Source: Candidatus Peregrinibacteria bacterium CG_4_9_14_0_2_um_filter_53_11
GTDB taxonomy: Bacteria > Patescibacteriota > Gracilibacteria > UBA1369 > UM-FILTER-53-11
DNA length: 64,000 nucleotides
Assembly (NCBI GenBank): GCA_002788775.1
Contig: PFRX01000028.1
Coordinates: 18,959 to 82,958 of the forward strand
Direction of reading: 5' to 3'
Part shown: positions 1 through 7,648 of the stretch, piece by piece
Numbering within the stretch: the first letter of the stretch is position 1
How the letters are laid out: each line of letters opens with the position of its first letter
The notes under the pieces: generated by a model
What the model was told of the DNA's origin: nothing
Seen by the model: the letters and a program-made list of their open reading frames with translations, nothing else
The model's database searches: none
Translations under genes and position numbers: made by a program

Positions 1-36
1 ATGTCACTAAGCGGAACGTGCCCGGGAAAAGGAAAT

Positions 37-62
37 AAGCTATACTTTATGAAGTATAGCTT
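37..62. promoter_or_regulatory. Perfect 11-bp inverted repeat AAGCTATACTT-tatg-AAGTATAGCTT upstream of clpP; candidate operator or RNA hairpin
   Basis: Arms 37-47 and 52-62 are exact reverse complements. No T-run follows, so it is not a classical terminator. Lies 25 nt upstream of the clpP ATG. Confidence 0.3.
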
Positions 63-86
63 CTAACTATCTCATTAATAAATCCT

Positions 87-749
87 ATGCAAACACAGAT
101 ACAGAATGGTCAGATCGGAGGCAGCCAGACGGGCGGGGCCCAGCAGATCACCGCATCACTCCTTATACCTACGGTCATCGAAAAGACCAATCAGGGTGAG
201 CGAGCTTACGACATCTACTCGCGCCTTCTTAAGGATAGAATTATCTTTTTGGGCTCGGCCATCAACGACCAGGTTGCGAACTCGATCATCGCCCAGCTTC
301 TCTTTCTTGAGAATGAGGATCAGAAGAAAGACATTATTATGTATGTACAGAGTCCGGGCGGACATGTAACGGCGGGGCTCGCCATTTATGACACGATGCA
401 GTACATCAAGCCGGACGTTGTTACTGTCTGTATAGGTATGGCCGCCTCGATGGGTGCCGTCCTTCTTACGGGGGGAGCTACGGGCAAGCGTTTCTCACTC
501 CCCAATGCCGAGATTATGATTCATCAGCCGCTCGGAGGTGTTGAGGGCCAAGCTTCAGACATCGCCATTCATGCCGAACACATCCTCCGCACAAAAGACC
601 GTTTAAATAACATCATTGCAAAACACTCGAAGCAGAAGTTGTCCAAAGTTGAGAAGGATACCGATCGTGATAACTTCCTGACGGCGGAGCAGGCACTCTC
701 GTATGGTCTTATCGACAAGATCATCGAGAAGCACCCGGCTGCCATTTAA
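87..749 (+). CDS. clpP: ATP-dependent Clp protease proteolytic subunit ClpP
   Basis: 220-aa ORF. ClpP core runs from LIPTVIE onward. Catalytic contexts GMAASMG (Ser), IMIHQPLGG (His) and DTDRDNF (Asp). A ~25-aa Gln/Gly-rich N-terminal extension has no alternative start. Confidence 0.95.
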   Translation: MQTQIQNGQIGGSQTGGAQQITASLLIPTVIEKTNQGERAYDIYSRLLKDRIIFLGSAINDQVANSIIAQLLFLENEDQKKDIIMYVQSPGGHVTAGLAIYDTMQYIKPDVVTVCIGMAASMGAVLLTGGATGKRFSLPNAEIMIHQPLGGVEGQASDIAIHAEHILRTKDRLNNIIAKHSKQKLSKVEKDTDRDNFLTAEQALSYGLIDKIIEKHPAAI

Positions 750-779
750 TAGCGATCCAAGCTGAATACGAGAACTACT

Positions 780-1367
780 ATGCGCCGCATTGTCATACTC
801 ACAGCAACCTTGGGTGGTCTTGTCCTGGGAGGGATCTTCTATCTGACCATAGCGATTTACAGCATGGCAGCTCTCGACCGTGCAGCACCTGCTGATGCCA
901 TAACAGTTCTGGGAGCAGCCCAGTACGACGGCAGACCCTCTCCCGTGCTTGAAGCCCGCCTAGAACATGCGCTCGCCCTCTATAATAAGGGGCTCGCCCC
1001 TCTTATAATTACAACCGGAGGAAAGATCGAGGGGGACCGCTTCACTGAGGCTGAGGCGGGGAAGACCTACCTTGTTGAACATGGAATCCCGGAAAGTGCG
1101 ATCCTTATGGACCAGGATAGCCTGACGACAAAACAGAACCTCTCCCGCGTCAAGGAGATCATGAATGAGAACCGTCTGGTCTCAACGATTATAGTCAGCG
1201 ACCCCTTCCATATCTACCGGGCGACCTTGATCGCAAGTGACCTGGGGCTAACGGCACTCCCCTCACCGACCCGTACCAGTCCGATAGCGGAAAACCGTTG
1301 GCTCGAGTTTGAGTTCGTTATGCGCGAGGTCTTCTTAACCATCTCGCACCTCCTCTTCGAAGCCTAG
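780..1367 (+). CDS. DUF218 / YdcF-SanA-like membrane-anchored protein
   Basis: N-terminal TM helix, then ITVLGAAQYDGRPSPVLEARLEHA...IITTGG...SDPFHIYRA, typical of the YdcF/DUF218 fold. Confidence 0.75.
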   Translation: MRRIVILTATLGGLVLGGIFYLTIAIYSMAALDRAAPADAITVLGAAQYDGRPSPVLEARLEHALALYNKGLAPLIITTGGKIEGDRFTEAEAGKTYLVEHGIPESAILMDQDSLTTKQNLSRVKEIMNENRLVSTIIVSDPFHIYRATLIASDLGLTALPSPTRTSPIAENRWLEFEFVMREVFLTISHLLFEA

Positions 1368-1374
1368 TAATCTG

Positions 1375-2301
1375 CTATATCTGCTTTGTCATATCAAAGA
1401 GGCGCTCGGCGTACTCTACAATGTGACCGGCGATGTCCAGCTTGGTAGCGCCCGTAATTCCACGCAGTCCCGGATTGGCATTCACCTCTAAAATTTTAGG
1501 ACCTGTTGCAGTACGAATAAGGTCGACGCCGGCGACCGAGAGTCCCAAGATTCTGCTCGACTCAATGGCCATGATCGTCTCCTCCGGAGTAATCTCAATC
1601 GCAGTTGCACTTCCCCCTATCGCAACGTTTGCGCGGAACTCCCCACGACGTGCCTTGCGCTGCATGGCGGCAATTACCTTACCATCAACCACAAAGACTC
1701 GAAGGTCTTTCCCCTTCGCCTCACGAACATACTCCTGGATCAGAACGTGGTTGCGCTGATTCTCGCTGGGAGGACCGACAAGGTCGAGAATAGAACGAAG
1801 CGAGCGCGGAGACTCAATAATCGAGACGCCCGAGCCAAAGCTCCCCTGAGCCAGCTTGATGATCATGGGGAAGCTACCGAGCTCCTTTATTGCAGCATCA
1901 AGATAGTTCATATCGGTGACGACGAGAGTTTTAGGCACGGCGATGTTGGCGTGAGCCATGACCTGAATGGTACGGAGCTTGTTCTTAGCTCGTGCGATGG
2001 CAACGGAGCTGTTATAGAGACGGACCCCCATGAGCTCCATCTGCTTAACGAGGGCGAGATGAAGATCGATATTACTCAGGATATTCGCACTTACAATAAG
2101 TACGTCCGGTGGAATAAAGCGCTTACTCCGATAGAGAAGGCCCGGCCTGCTATTATAAAAAGTATACTGGAAGTCATTAGAGTAGTAGATGCGAGCCGCA
2201 TGCCCGCGGGCTAGTATCGCCTTTTTCACGAGCTGACTAGAATAAAGCGACTCCTTTGATACCTTAGTTTTGGTGCCGAAAAGAAGAATTCCGATTTTCA
2301 T
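1375..2301 (-). CDS. RimK-type ATP-grasp ligase (alpha-L-glutamate ligase-like)
   Basis: ATP-grasp motifs (IIKLAQGSFGSGV, LIQEYV, DLRVFVVDGKV, GVDLIRT..GPKILEVNANPG). Start placed at the MKIGILLFG ATG (2301). The track ORF extends to 2376. Confidence 0.8.
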   Translation of the reverse strand: MKIGILLFGTKTKVSKESLYSSQLVKKAILARGHAARIYYSNDFQYTFYNSRPGLLYRSKRFIPPDVLIVSANILSNIDLHLALVKQMELMGVRLYNSSVAIARAKNKLRTIQVMAHANIAVPKTLVVTDMNYLDAAIKELGSFPMIIKLAQGSFGSGVSIIESPRSLRSILDLVGPPSENQRNHVLIQEYVREAKGKDLRVFVVDGKVIAAMQRKARRGEFRANVAIGGSATAIEITPEETIMAIESSRILGLSVAGVDLIRTATGPKILEVNANPGLRGITGATKLDIAGHIVEYAERLFDMTKQI

Positions 2302-2393
2302 AGAATCGTGGGCGGTAAAAGCCCGTGCACATTCTACGAACCCCGCTCCAAAATGCAAGGAAAACTCTGCTGTCATCGAAAAAGTGCTTGGAG

Positions 2394-2399
2394 TATACT
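2394..2399 (+). promoter_or_regulatory. -10-like box TATACT, 7 nt upstream of the ATG at 2407
   Basis: gagTATACTctgaataATG. No Shine-Dalgarno sequence. Same geometry as several other unit-leading genes in the window. Confidence 0.4.
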
Positions 2400-2406
2400 C
2401 TGAATA

Positions 2407-3006
2407 ATGAGTGCACTAAGAAAAGGATCAACCATCCTACTGCTTGTTTTGAGTCTGTCGGGATGCTTCGGTGGGGGTGATTCGGCTGAGACGCCGGCAC
2501 CCGATGGCTACACCTTTTTTGAGAATGAGGAGTTCCAGATCGCACTCCCCACTGAGTGGGAGATACTCGACCCCGGAATGCTTTCCAGCTCCGTCGAGCC
2601 GACAACGGTCCTTGTGGCCCGAAGCAATCTCCGCGATCCTATCTTCACGGCAAACATCGTAATCCTGAAAAATCCCCTTGACCCCTCACCGGAGGGCCAG
2701 GCTCAGATTTCAGCTCGAGATTACGCCGGGGCCCTGCGATCAAAGCTCAAGGACACGCTCAGCAACTATCGCGAACTCACCGCCGAGGAGGTAACGGTTC
2801 CCGTTGGAGACACTCAGGTGCCGACGCTGTTTACTCAAGTTGAGGGGCGGCCTGCAAGTGAGACTGACATAAAAAACTACACCCACCTCAGCGTCGTTGT
2901 GGGCGATTACGCCTACATTGTTGTCGGAGCGGCACGAGCCGATGCCCCGGTTGAGGGAACGCTCGACAAGATCCAGTCTGCAGTCCGATCACTCAAGATT
3001 AACTAG
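2407..3006 (+). CDS. Lipoprotein, function unknown
   Basis: Signal peptide with lipobox LSLSGC. 199-aa soluble domain with no motif I recognise. Confidence 0.6.
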   Translation: MSALRKGSTILLLVLSLSGCFGGGDSAETPAPDGYTFFENEEFQIALPTEWEILDPGMLSSSVEPTTVLVARSNLRDPIFTANIVILKNPLDPSPEGQAQISARDYAGALRSKLKDTLSNYRELTAEEVTVPVGDTQVPTLFTQVEGRPASETDIKNYTHLSVVVGDYAYIVVGAARADAPVEGTLDKIQSAVRSLKIN

Positions 3007-3007
3007 G

Positions 3008-3062
3008 CCAGCCAAAAATCTCGCGGGAGCTGTCCGCGAGCCGAGACTAGGCTGGTATTTTT
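3008..3062. terminator. Compound hairpin between the convergent lipoprotein gene and tRNA-Lys
   Basis: Inner stem CTCGCGG (3020-3026) / CCGCGAG (3034-3040). Outer stem CCAGCC (3008-3013) / GGCTGG (3050-3055), followed by TATTTTT. Confidence 0.45.
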
Positions 3063-3064
3063 CA

Positions 3065-3140
3065 TGGTGGGCGAGCCGGGGCTCGAACCCGGGACCATCT
3101 CCTTAAGAGGGAGTTGCTCTACCAGCTGAGCTACTCGCCC
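3065..3140 (-). tRNA. tRNA-Lys (anticodon CTT), CCA encoded
   Basis: The reverse complement folds as a cloverleaf: acceptor GGGCGAG/CTCGCCC, D arm GCTCAGCTGGTAGAGC, anticodon loop CTCTTAA, T arm GGGTTCGAGCCCC, then A-CCA. Confidence 0.9.
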
Positions 3141-3241
3141 ACACCTACGATCCACAGTATTAGAACAAAAAATCTGCGAAAATGCAATTACTCATTTACC
3201 ACATTTTTTAAAAACGAGACAAACCCTTTACCTAAAACTAG

Positions 3242-3270
3242 TTGACGATTTTTCGAAAGTTATGTAGAGT
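3242..3270 (+). promoter_or_regulatory. Candidate sigma70-type promoter TTGACG-17-TAGAGT
   Basis: -35 at 3242-3247 and -10 at 3265-3270. Upstream of the small ORF starting at 3300. Confidence 0.4.
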
Positions 3271-3299
3271 GACACCAATATATTTTAACGTACGATCTA

Positions 3300-3499
3300 T
3301 GGCCTATTCTCATACCAACTCCCGTGGACAGACGTACTATCTCCACTCAAAGAAGGTAACACTTCGTGGAGGACGTGAGCAGACAATTTTTTACTTTGCA
3401 CGCGACGAGCGTCCAGAGGCACTCGACTCGGTCCCTGAGGGATACCAAGTTGTAGAAAACAAGAAGACAGGCCTACCAATGCTCAAGCGTGCAGCATAG
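3300..3499 (+). CDS. Small conserved hypothetical protein (66 aa)
   Basis: MAYSHTNSRGQTYYLHSKKVTLRGG...GYQVVENKKTGLPMLKR. Followed by a strong terminator. The track ORF starts at TTG 3242, which I read as the promoter -35 box instead. Confidence 0.5.
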
Positions 3500-3521
3500 T
3501 GCGATGCCTTGATTCTTAAAA

Positions 3522-3549
3522 GGTCCCCAGCAATGGGGGCCTTTTTTTT
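3522..3549 (+). terminator. Rho-independent terminator
   Basis: Stem GGTCCCC (3522-3528) / GGGGGCC (3535-3541) with one G-U pair, a 6-nt loop, then T8. Confidence 0.8.
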
Positions 3550-3610
3550 GTTTTAAATATAGACGACTACCTAGCGCTCACGGTATGCTGCACAGGTATT
3601 TAACGAGGGC

Positions 3611-3696
3611 GCCCGGGTGGTGGAATGGTAGACACGCGAGACTTAAAATCTCGTCTCCTTATGGAGGTGTGGGTTCGAGTCCCACCCCGGGCACCA
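3611..3696 (+). tRNA. tRNA-Leu (anticodon TAA), long variable arm, CCA encoded
   Basis: Acceptor GCCCGGG/CCCGGGC, anticodon stem-loop CGAGA-CTTAAAA-TCTCG, variable arm TCTCCTTATGGAGGTG, T arm TGGGTTCGAGTCCCA. Confidence 0.9.
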
Positions 3697-3792
3697 TTCT
3701 GATTCAGTAGACTCCCCAGTTAACGACTTCTCTTCACAACCTCCCCTCGCTTAGGGTATGCTACGCCCGATACGAAAGTTCAACTCCCCTGA

Positions 3793-3868
3793 GGCCGCGT
3801 AGCCAAGCGGTTAAGGCAGCGGTTTGCAAAACCGCCATGCGGCGGTTCGAATCCGCCCGCGGCCTCCA
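3793..3868 (+). tRNA. tRNA-Cys (anticodon GCA), CCA encoded
   Basis: Acceptor GGCCGCG/CGCGGCC, anticodon stem-loop GCGGT-TTGCAAA-ACCGC, T arm GGCGGTTCGAATCCGCC. Confidence 0.9.
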
Positions 3869-3962
3869 GAGTTGAGACTCGTACCTCGCCAGAAATCGAT
3901 GGTTTTCCTTGTGGGGAAAAGCGGGTACAATAATCTTACTTAATTTAATAAAAATCACCTCT

Positions 3963-4292
3963 ATGTATACTACTTCAGTTGCGCTCTCTTTACTCTGGAT
4001 GCTCCTTCATGGAATCTTTGGTGTTCTCGTCTTGGCGGGCCTCGTTAGTGCCATCATCTGGATGGTTCGCTTTGCAAAGAAGGAGATGCTCGTGAAGATT
4101 ATGCGCTGGGCCCTTGCGGTTGGACTCATTGGAATGGTCCTCATGGCGGTACTCATCAGCTTCTGGGGGTGGGGACTTGGAGGTGGTAGCGGCTTTCACT
4201 CTCGCATGATGTGGGGCGGTGATGGATTTGGCGTAATGGATAATAAGACCCTTCAGCAGATGCAGGACGTCATGAATAACCAGAATAACTAA
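3963..4292 (+). CDS. Small integral membrane protein (3 predicted TM helices, Gly/Trp-rich tail)
   Basis: Hydrophobic segments from MYTTSVALSLLWMLLHGIFGVLVLAGLV onward. The start could instead be 3909, as in the track. Confidence 0.5.
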   Translation: MYTTSVALSLLWMLLHGIFGVLVLAGLVSAIIWMVRFAKKEMLVKIMRWALAVGLIGMVLMAVLISFWGWGLGGGSGFHSRMMWGGDGFGVMDNKTLQQMQDVMNNQNN

Positions 4293-4300
4293 CTCGCGCC

Positions 4301-5032
4301 ATGAAAACTATAAAAAAAGGATCATTTTCCCTCAGGAATGTAAATCTGTGGATGATCAGCACGCTCCTTCTGGGAGGCATTGTTGTCGGCTATACCGCCG
4401 GTGGGCTTACTCCGACACCTTGGACGAGTGGAGCTAGTGTGGTAGAGGCAACTCCGAGTGAGGCACCACAAAGGCAGATTCAGATTCAACCCGTTACCGA
4501 GGAAGATAATGTTCGGGGCAGCACAAACCCAATCATAACACTAGTTGAGTACTCCGACTTTGAGTGCCCCTACTGCAAGAGCTTTCACGAGACGATGAAG
4601 TCGATTATTGCAGACTACGGTGACTCGGTTCAGTGGGTCTACCGCGACCTGCCCATTGACTCTATCCACTCAAAAGCACGAACTGAGGCCGAGGCTGCGG
4701 AGTGCGCCGGTAAGCAAGGAAAGTTCTGGGAGATGGCTGATGCTATCTTCGCCGTAACACCGTCCAACGACGGCCTCGATCTGGCACTCCTACCCGAGCT
4801 TGCACGGGAAATCGGCGTTGATATGGATGAGTATTCTCAGTGTGTTGAAGAGCGCCAGACGCAGCAGCGTGTTGAGGATAATATCCGTGACGCCGCTCAA
4901 GCGGGAGCCACCGGAACACCGTTTAATGTGGTAATGGCAGAGGGAGAGCTCATTCCTGCTGCCGGGGCCCTATCAAAGGCTCAACTGGTTCAGTTTATCG
5001 AGGGAGTTCTCAGCCGAGCAGAAGCTCAGTAG
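4301..5032 (+). CDS. DsbA-family thiol:disulfide oxidoreductase, membrane anchored
   Basis: N-terminal TM helix. Thioredoxin-fold CxxC motif FECPYCKSF. DsbA-like tail GATGTPFNVV. Confidence 0.8.
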   Translation: MKTIKKGSFSLRNVNLWMISTLLLGGIVVGYTAGGLTPTPWTSGASVVEATPSEAPQRQIQIQPVTEEDNVRGSTNPIITLVEYSDFECPYCKSFHETMKSIIADYGDSVQWVYRDLPIDSIHSKARTEAEAAECAGKQGKFWEMADAIFAVTPSNDGLDLALLPELAREIGVDMDEYSQCVEERQTQQRVEDNIRDAAQAGATGTPFNVVMAEGELIPAAGALSKAQLVQFIEGVLSRAEAQ

Positions 5033-5054
5033 CTCAATGAAACAGAGTAACTTC

Positions 5055-5100
5055 GGCCACGATCAGTAGACTCTCCGTCGTCTGATCGTGGCCTTTTTTT
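5055..5100 (+). terminator. Rho-independent terminator
   Basis: Perfect 12-bp stem GGCCACGATCAG (5055-5066) / CTGATCGTGGCC (5082-5093), followed by T7. Confidence 0.85.
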
Positions 5101-5170
5101 ATGAATAATTTATGAAAAATACCTGCGCAAAATCTTGCGCGTGTACACTCACATGCCGTAAGCTGGGCTT

Positions 5171-6283
5171 ATGCGCGTAGGAGTCGACACACAGGCACTA
5201 AATGGGGCCTTTACAGGCCACCGAATCTACCTCGACGGCCTTATGAAAGGTTTCGAAGAGCTATATAAACTAAACACCCGCGAGCTCAATCTGAACGAAC
5301 AACGAGAGGGGGCCAATGGTAACCACCAGCTTATTCGCCTAAACCTCGTCTCGCACGAGCTGCGGACGGCTCGGCGTATTCTGCATGACCAGATTCAGCT
5401 TCCCTGGGCGGCTTGGCGCAGCAAACTCGACCTGCTCTTCGTTCCGGCCTTTTCTGTCCCACTCCTCTACCCCGGGAAGATTGTCGCAACCGTCCACGAT
5501 CTAACCGCGCTGGACTATCCTGAGAACTTCCCCGCCGTCTCGCGCTTCTACTGGACGCGTCTGGTCCCCTACTCATTGAGACGTGCCGATCGCCTTATAG
5601 CAATCTCCCAGTATACAAAAGACTGGGTCGTGGAGCGGCTCGGAATTGATCCTGAAAAGATAGATGTCGTTCACTCCGCCTGCGATCAACGGTATTTCCG
5701 CACCGTCTCTTCCCAGGAACAGAAGGAAGCCTGCACGCGCAACAACCTCCCTGAAGAGTTTGTTATGATGGTGGGAACGATTGAGAAAAAACGCAATCAT
5801 GAGACTTTGATCAGGGCATATAGCCAGCTCAAGGACGCCCCACCTCTCCTCCTCGTCGGTAAGAAGGCCCACGCCTGGCCCGCACTGGAGGAGCTGATCC
5901 ATGAACTGAAACTTGAAGACCGTCTACTCGTGCGTAGCGAGATCAGTTCCAAGGATCTCCCCGCTCTTTATCAGAGAGCAGCACTGACCGTCGTCCCCTC
6001 TCTCTCGGAGGGTTTTGGCCTTCCTGTCTTGGAGTCGATGGCCAGCGGCACTCCCGTTGTCGTTGCAAAGAGCACGGCTCTCCCAGAGATTGCCGGCTCT
6101 GCCGCCCTCTTCTTCGATCCACACGCTCCTGAGGAGTTGGCAGACCAGATGGCGAAGCTCCTTCACGACTCAGCACTTCGCGAGAAGTTGAGCCAGCTGG
6201 GGAAAACCCGTGCAACAGAGTTCACCTGGCTTAGAACAGCTCAACAGACCTCTGCCGTCTTCAGCTCCATTACCACCATATAA
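5171..6283 (+). CDS. GT4-family glycosyltransferase
   Basis: C-terminal GT-B signature PSLSEGFGLPVLESMASGTPVVV (E-x7-E) and typical length. Confidence 0.8.
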   Translation: MRVGVDTQALNGAFTGHRIYLDGLMKGFEELYKLNTRELNLNEQREGANGNHQLIRLNLVSHELRTARRILHDQIQLPWAAWRSKLDLLFVPAFSVPLLYPGKIVATVHDLTALDYPENFPAVSRFYWTRLVPYSLRRADRLIAISQYTKDWVVERLGIDPEKIDVVHSACDQRYFRTVSSQEQKEACTRNNLPEEFVMMVGTIEKKRNHETLIRAYSQLKDAPPLLLVGKKAHAWPALEELIHELKLEDRLLVRSEISSKDLPALYQRAALTVVPSLSEGFGLPVLESMASGTPVVVAKSTALPEIAGSAALFFDPHAPEELADQMAKLLHDSALREKLSQLGKTRATEFTWLRTAQQTSAVFSSITTI

Positions 6284-6293
6284 TCCCAACACC

Positions 6294-7610
6294 ATGAAAA
6301 TTAAAACAATCTACACCTGTGGGAGCTGCGCCTATCAAGTATCAAAATGGGTTGGGCGCTGCCCGTCCTGTGAGGAGTGGAACAGCTTTTCCGAGGAGGA
6401 GGTGAAGAAAGAGTCGGCGCAGAGCAAGAAGGTAGCCTCACATGCGCGAACGCCTCAGGCCTATGAGACGCTCCTCAATGAGGCTGCTCGTGAGTTCAGG
6501 ATGCCTCTGGGAATGGGCGAGGTGGACCGCGTCCTGGGTGGCGGAATCGTCCCCTCCTCGCTCACACTTCTAACGGGAGAGCCCGGCATTGGTAAGTCCA
6601 CTCTAACTCTCCAGATTGCCGACAAACTTTGCTCCGGCGGGAAGCGCGTCTTGTACATATCCGGAGAAGAAGCCGAACGGCAGATCGCCATGCGTGGCAA
6701 GCGCCTGGGCCTTGAGCTTAAGGGCCTAAATCTGCTGTGCGAGTCTGATCTTGAAACGGCTTTAGCCACGGCCGAAGGCGTTAAGGCGGAGTTCATCATC
6801 GTCGACTCGATTCAGGTTATGCACAGCGGAAGTGCCCCTGGAAATGCGGGTGCCGTATCACAGGTTCGCTTTTGTACTGAAGTAATAATGGAGTGGGCAA
6901 AACGACGAGGCACGAGCGCCCTCCTCATCGGACACGTTACTAAAGATGGGACTCTCGCTGGACCACGCGTCCTGGAGCACCTTGTAGACACGGTCATCTA
7001 CCTTGAGGGAAGTCGTCAGGGCGAACTCCGCATCCTCCGAAGTGTGAAAAATCGCTTTGGGAGCACAAGCGAGGTCGGCCTCTTTGAGATGAGTCAGGAG
7101 GGCCTCCTAGAGGTTACCGATCCCGCCGCCCTCTTCGTCCAGGAGCACGACTCGAAAAGTTTTGGCACCGCGCTTACAATGACCTACGAGGGAAGCCGGC
7201 CCCTAATCCTCGAGATTCAGGCACTCACGAATACGACCGTTTTTGGCTACCCCCAGCGAACTACGAGTGGCTTTGATGGCAAGCGGCTCCAGCTCCTCGT
7301 TGCTGTTCTTGAAAAATATATGGGTGCCAAGTTGGGAAATCAGGATATCTACATCAACGTCGTCTCGGGCTACAAGCTCACCGACCCCCGTGCTGATCTG
7401 GCTCTCTGTCTTGCGATCCTCTCGTCCTACTACAAAAAGCCTCTTCCCCAGCAGACGGTCTTCATCGGGGAGGTTGGCCTTGCCGGAGAGGTAAGAAGTG
7501 CTACGCGTGCTGCAGCCAAGTACCAGAAACACCTAGCCCAGCAGGGCTTCAAACTCTTCGAGACGCCAAAAGCTATGCGCGCCCTCTCCAAGCTGCTCTT
7601 CTCTGCCTAG
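6294..7610 (+). CDS. radA: DNA repair protein RadA
   Basis: Zn-finger CGSCAYQVSKWVGRCPSC, Walker A GEPGIGKST, KNRFG motif and a Lon-like C-terminal domain. Start placed at MKIKTIY (6294). Confidence 0.95.
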   Translation: MKIKTIYTCGSCAYQVSKWVGRCPSCEEWNSFSEEEVKKESAQSKKVASHARTPQAYETLLNEAAREFRMPLGMGEVDRVLGGGIVPSSLTLLTGEPGIGKSTLTLQIADKLCSGGKRVLYISGEEAERQIAMRGKRLGLELKGLNLLCESDLETALATAEGVKAEFIIVDSIQVMHSGSAPGNAGAVSQVRFCTEVIMEWAKRRGTSALLIGHVTKDGTLAGPRVLEHLVDTVIYLEGSRQGELRILRSVKNRFGSTSEVGLFEMSQEGLLEVTDPAALFVQEHDSKSFGTALTMTYEGSRPLILEIQALTNTTVFGYPQRTTSGFDGKRLQLLVAVLEKYMGAKLGNQDIYINVVSGYKLTDPRADLALCLAILSSYYKKPLPQQTVFIGEVGLAGEVRSATRAAAKYQKHLAQQGFKLFETPKAMRALSKLLFSA

Positions 7611-7648
7611 CGCTCATGCTGAAGTTATGTAAGAGCTTCGGCAAGAGC

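Noticed and set aside
2264-2605. 113-aa minus-strand ORF bridging the RimK-like gene start and the lipoprotein gene.
   Set aside because: It overlaps two better-supported genes and the intergenic promoter region. The sequence is Arg/Ser/His-rich and looks like junk.
3065-3868. A tRNA cluster as a possible integration hotspot or genomic-island boundary.
   Set aside because: No integrase, no direct repeat of a tRNA 3' end, and no compositional shift nearby. The flanking genes are small housekeeping or envelope genes.
3761-3958. 65-aa minus-strand ORF.
   Set aside because: It fully overlaps tRNA-Cys (3793-3868) on the opposite strand, so it is spurious.
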